Part shown: piece after piece, positions 4,725-5,610 of the stretch
Layout: each line of letters starts with the position of its first letter
Numbering within the stretch: the stretch's first letter is position 1
Virus record (IMG/VR): IMGVR_UViG_3300045988_001845
Location: 1-5,610 of that record
DNA length: 5,610 nt
Source of the DNA: a virus
Reading direction: 5' to 3' (one strand)
The notes under the pieces: model-generated
What the model was told of the DNA's origin: nothing
The model's input: only the letters and a program-made list of their open reading frames with translations
Databases searched by the model: none
Made by a program: the position numbers and the translations under genes

Positions 4725-5610
4725 ACGGCACTTTAATCAGATTCCACAGATGAAAGCAAGCCGAACGAGATTCAATCGAGACCAGACAATTCTAACCACA
4801 TTTGATGCAGGAAAATTAATCCCTTTTTACGTAGATGAAGTCTTGCCGGGTGATACTTTCAGCGTGGACACGGCGGCAATCATTCGTATGACCACACCGA
4901 AGTACCCAGTGATGGACGACAGCTTCATTGATTTTTATTACTTCTTCTGTCCAAACCGCATTTTGTGGGACAACTTCAAGTACTTTATGGGCGAAGTCGA
5001 AGAAACGCCATGGACACCTGCAAAAACGTACTCTGTGCCACAAATCAAAATCAACGGGGCGAATGCGAAACCGGCACCGGACGAAAGAAGCATTCTCGAC
5101 TATATGGGAGTGCCAACGAAGGTGAAAAAACCTTTCAGCATCAACGCACTTCCTATCAGAGCGTATATAAAAATCTGGAATGAATTTTTCAGAGATGAAA
5201 ACGTGGACAACGCGGCAGTATTAAAAACAGACGATGCAGACGTAAACTACGAATTTGGAAACGAAAATTCGATCCAAGAAGCAGAAAACAACGCGTACAA
5301 AGGCGGAAACCTGTTACCTGTAAACAAATTTCACGACTACTTCACAAGCTGTCTGCCTTATCCTCAGAGAGGACCAGATGTGACATTACCAATGGCAGGA
5401 AACGCGCCAGTCGAGATATACGGAGACAGCAAACTAACACAAGAACCAAACTGGCTATACAATGAAAGAAGCTACGTAGGGGGAAACAACGTAGGAGCAA
5501 AAATTTACGCAACAGACCCAGGCACAAACCCAAAAGAAAAAAATAAACTGGAGTGGAACGGCGTATATACAGGACACACTGACACAAACCAAATTGCATA
5601 TATCGGCGCT
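4708..5610 (+). CDS. VP1: Major capsid protein VP1, N-terminal part. It runs off the window end and continues at 78 (equivalent to 1-845 after removing the duplicated 77 nt).
   Basis: Frame 1 is stop-free from 4705 to 5610. A GTG at 4708 lies 7 nt after AAGGAGGA (4693-4700). The translation is (M)NRNNERHFNQIPQMKASRTRFNRDQTILTTFDAGKLIPFYVDEVLPGDTF...HDYFTSCLPYPQRG. The H.F.Q(V/I)P....R..F(D/N)R.....TTFDAG.LIP...DEVLPGDTF N-terminus is the hallmark of gokushovirus VP1, and it begins upstream of the first ATG (4750). Confidence 0.93.
   Translation, partial: MNRNNERHFNQIPQMKASRTRFNRDQTILTTFDAGKLIPFYVDEVLPGDTFSVDTAAIIRMTTPKYPVMDDSFIDFYYFFCPNRILWDNFKYFMGEVEETPWTPAKTYSVPQIKINGANAKPAPDERSILDYMGVPTKVKKPFSINALPIRAYIKIWNEFFRDENVDNAAVLKTDDADVNYEFGNENSIQEAENNAYKGGNLLPVNKFHDYFTSCLPYPQRGPDVTLPMAGNAPVEIYGDSKLTQEPNWLYNERSYVGGNNVGAKIYATDPGTNPKEKNKLEWNGVYTGHTDTNQIAYIGA
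5534..5610. repeat. Terminal direct repeat, copy 2, identical to 1-77
   Basis: It matches 1-77 at all 77 positions and lies inside the VP1 coding sequence. Confidence 0.95.

Noticed and set aside
4721-4753. A 10-codon mini-ORF (MNGTLIRFHR) whose ATG overlaps the VP3 stop (ATGA) and whose stop overlaps ATG 4750 (ATGA), suggesting a termination-reinitiation relay to VP1
   Set aside because: A GTG at 4708 with a perfect, correctly spaced SD, plus conserved VP1 N-terminal residues encoded upstream of 4750, explains VP1 initiation more simply.
634-5183. Alternative-frame + strand ORFs nested in VP1, VP2 or VP3 (634-882, 1276-1476, 4324-4524, 4928-5125, 4965-5183) as possible overprinted genes like phiX174 E or K
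   Set aside because: They have no properly spaced SD, no hydrophobic segment that would suggest an E-like lysis protein, and compositions typical of off-frame translation of A-rich sequence. They cannot be fully excluded without comparative data.
529-5599. All minus-strand ORFs in the track (529-777, 879-1133, 902-1288, 1537-1767, 2184-2510, 3128-3400, 3529-3768, 3823-4026, 4013-4399, 4816-5043, 5342-5599)
   Set aside because: Each lies antisense to a + strand gene with recognisable microvirus or M15 motifs. Their translations are low-complexity, Cys/Leu/Phe-rich shadow products with no SD. Microviridae transcribe only one strand.

Overview
The window appears to be a complete, circularly permuted genome of a Gokushovirinae-like microvirus (ssDNA, family Microviridae). 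Bases 1-77 are identical to 5534-5610, so the true unit length is 5,533 nt and the window ends overlap by 77 nt. All credible genes are on the + strand and tightly packed. In order they are an M15-family peptidase, two small unknown ORFs, a 40-aa highly basic protein, a VP5-like protein, the VP3 scaffold, the VP1 major capsid, the VP2 pilot protein and the VP4 rolling-circle replication initiator. VP1 crosses the window junction (4708-5610, then 1-845), so it is absent from the supplied ORF track except as a truncated 204-aa fragment. The basic protein (3934-4056) is also missing from the track. The only sizeable non-coding region (2795-3200, 406 nt) is unusually structured. It holds a 12-bp perfect stem-loop, a tandemly duplicated alternating pyrimidine-purine (Z-DNA-prone) GC-rich element, an AT-rich block with a TATAAT and a rolling-circle nick-site-like motif, a same-orientation array of GTT(A/G)AAA repeats, and a 51-nt hairpin with 21 base pairs that overlaps a near-consensus promoter. 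The most noteworthy content is the accessory module at 3201-3950, a zinc peptidase with no recognisable holin, signal sequence or membrane partner, together with the repeat-rich intergenic control region. All minus-strand ORFs look like shadow ORFs. Functional calls rest on motifs I recognise by eye; no database search was possible.
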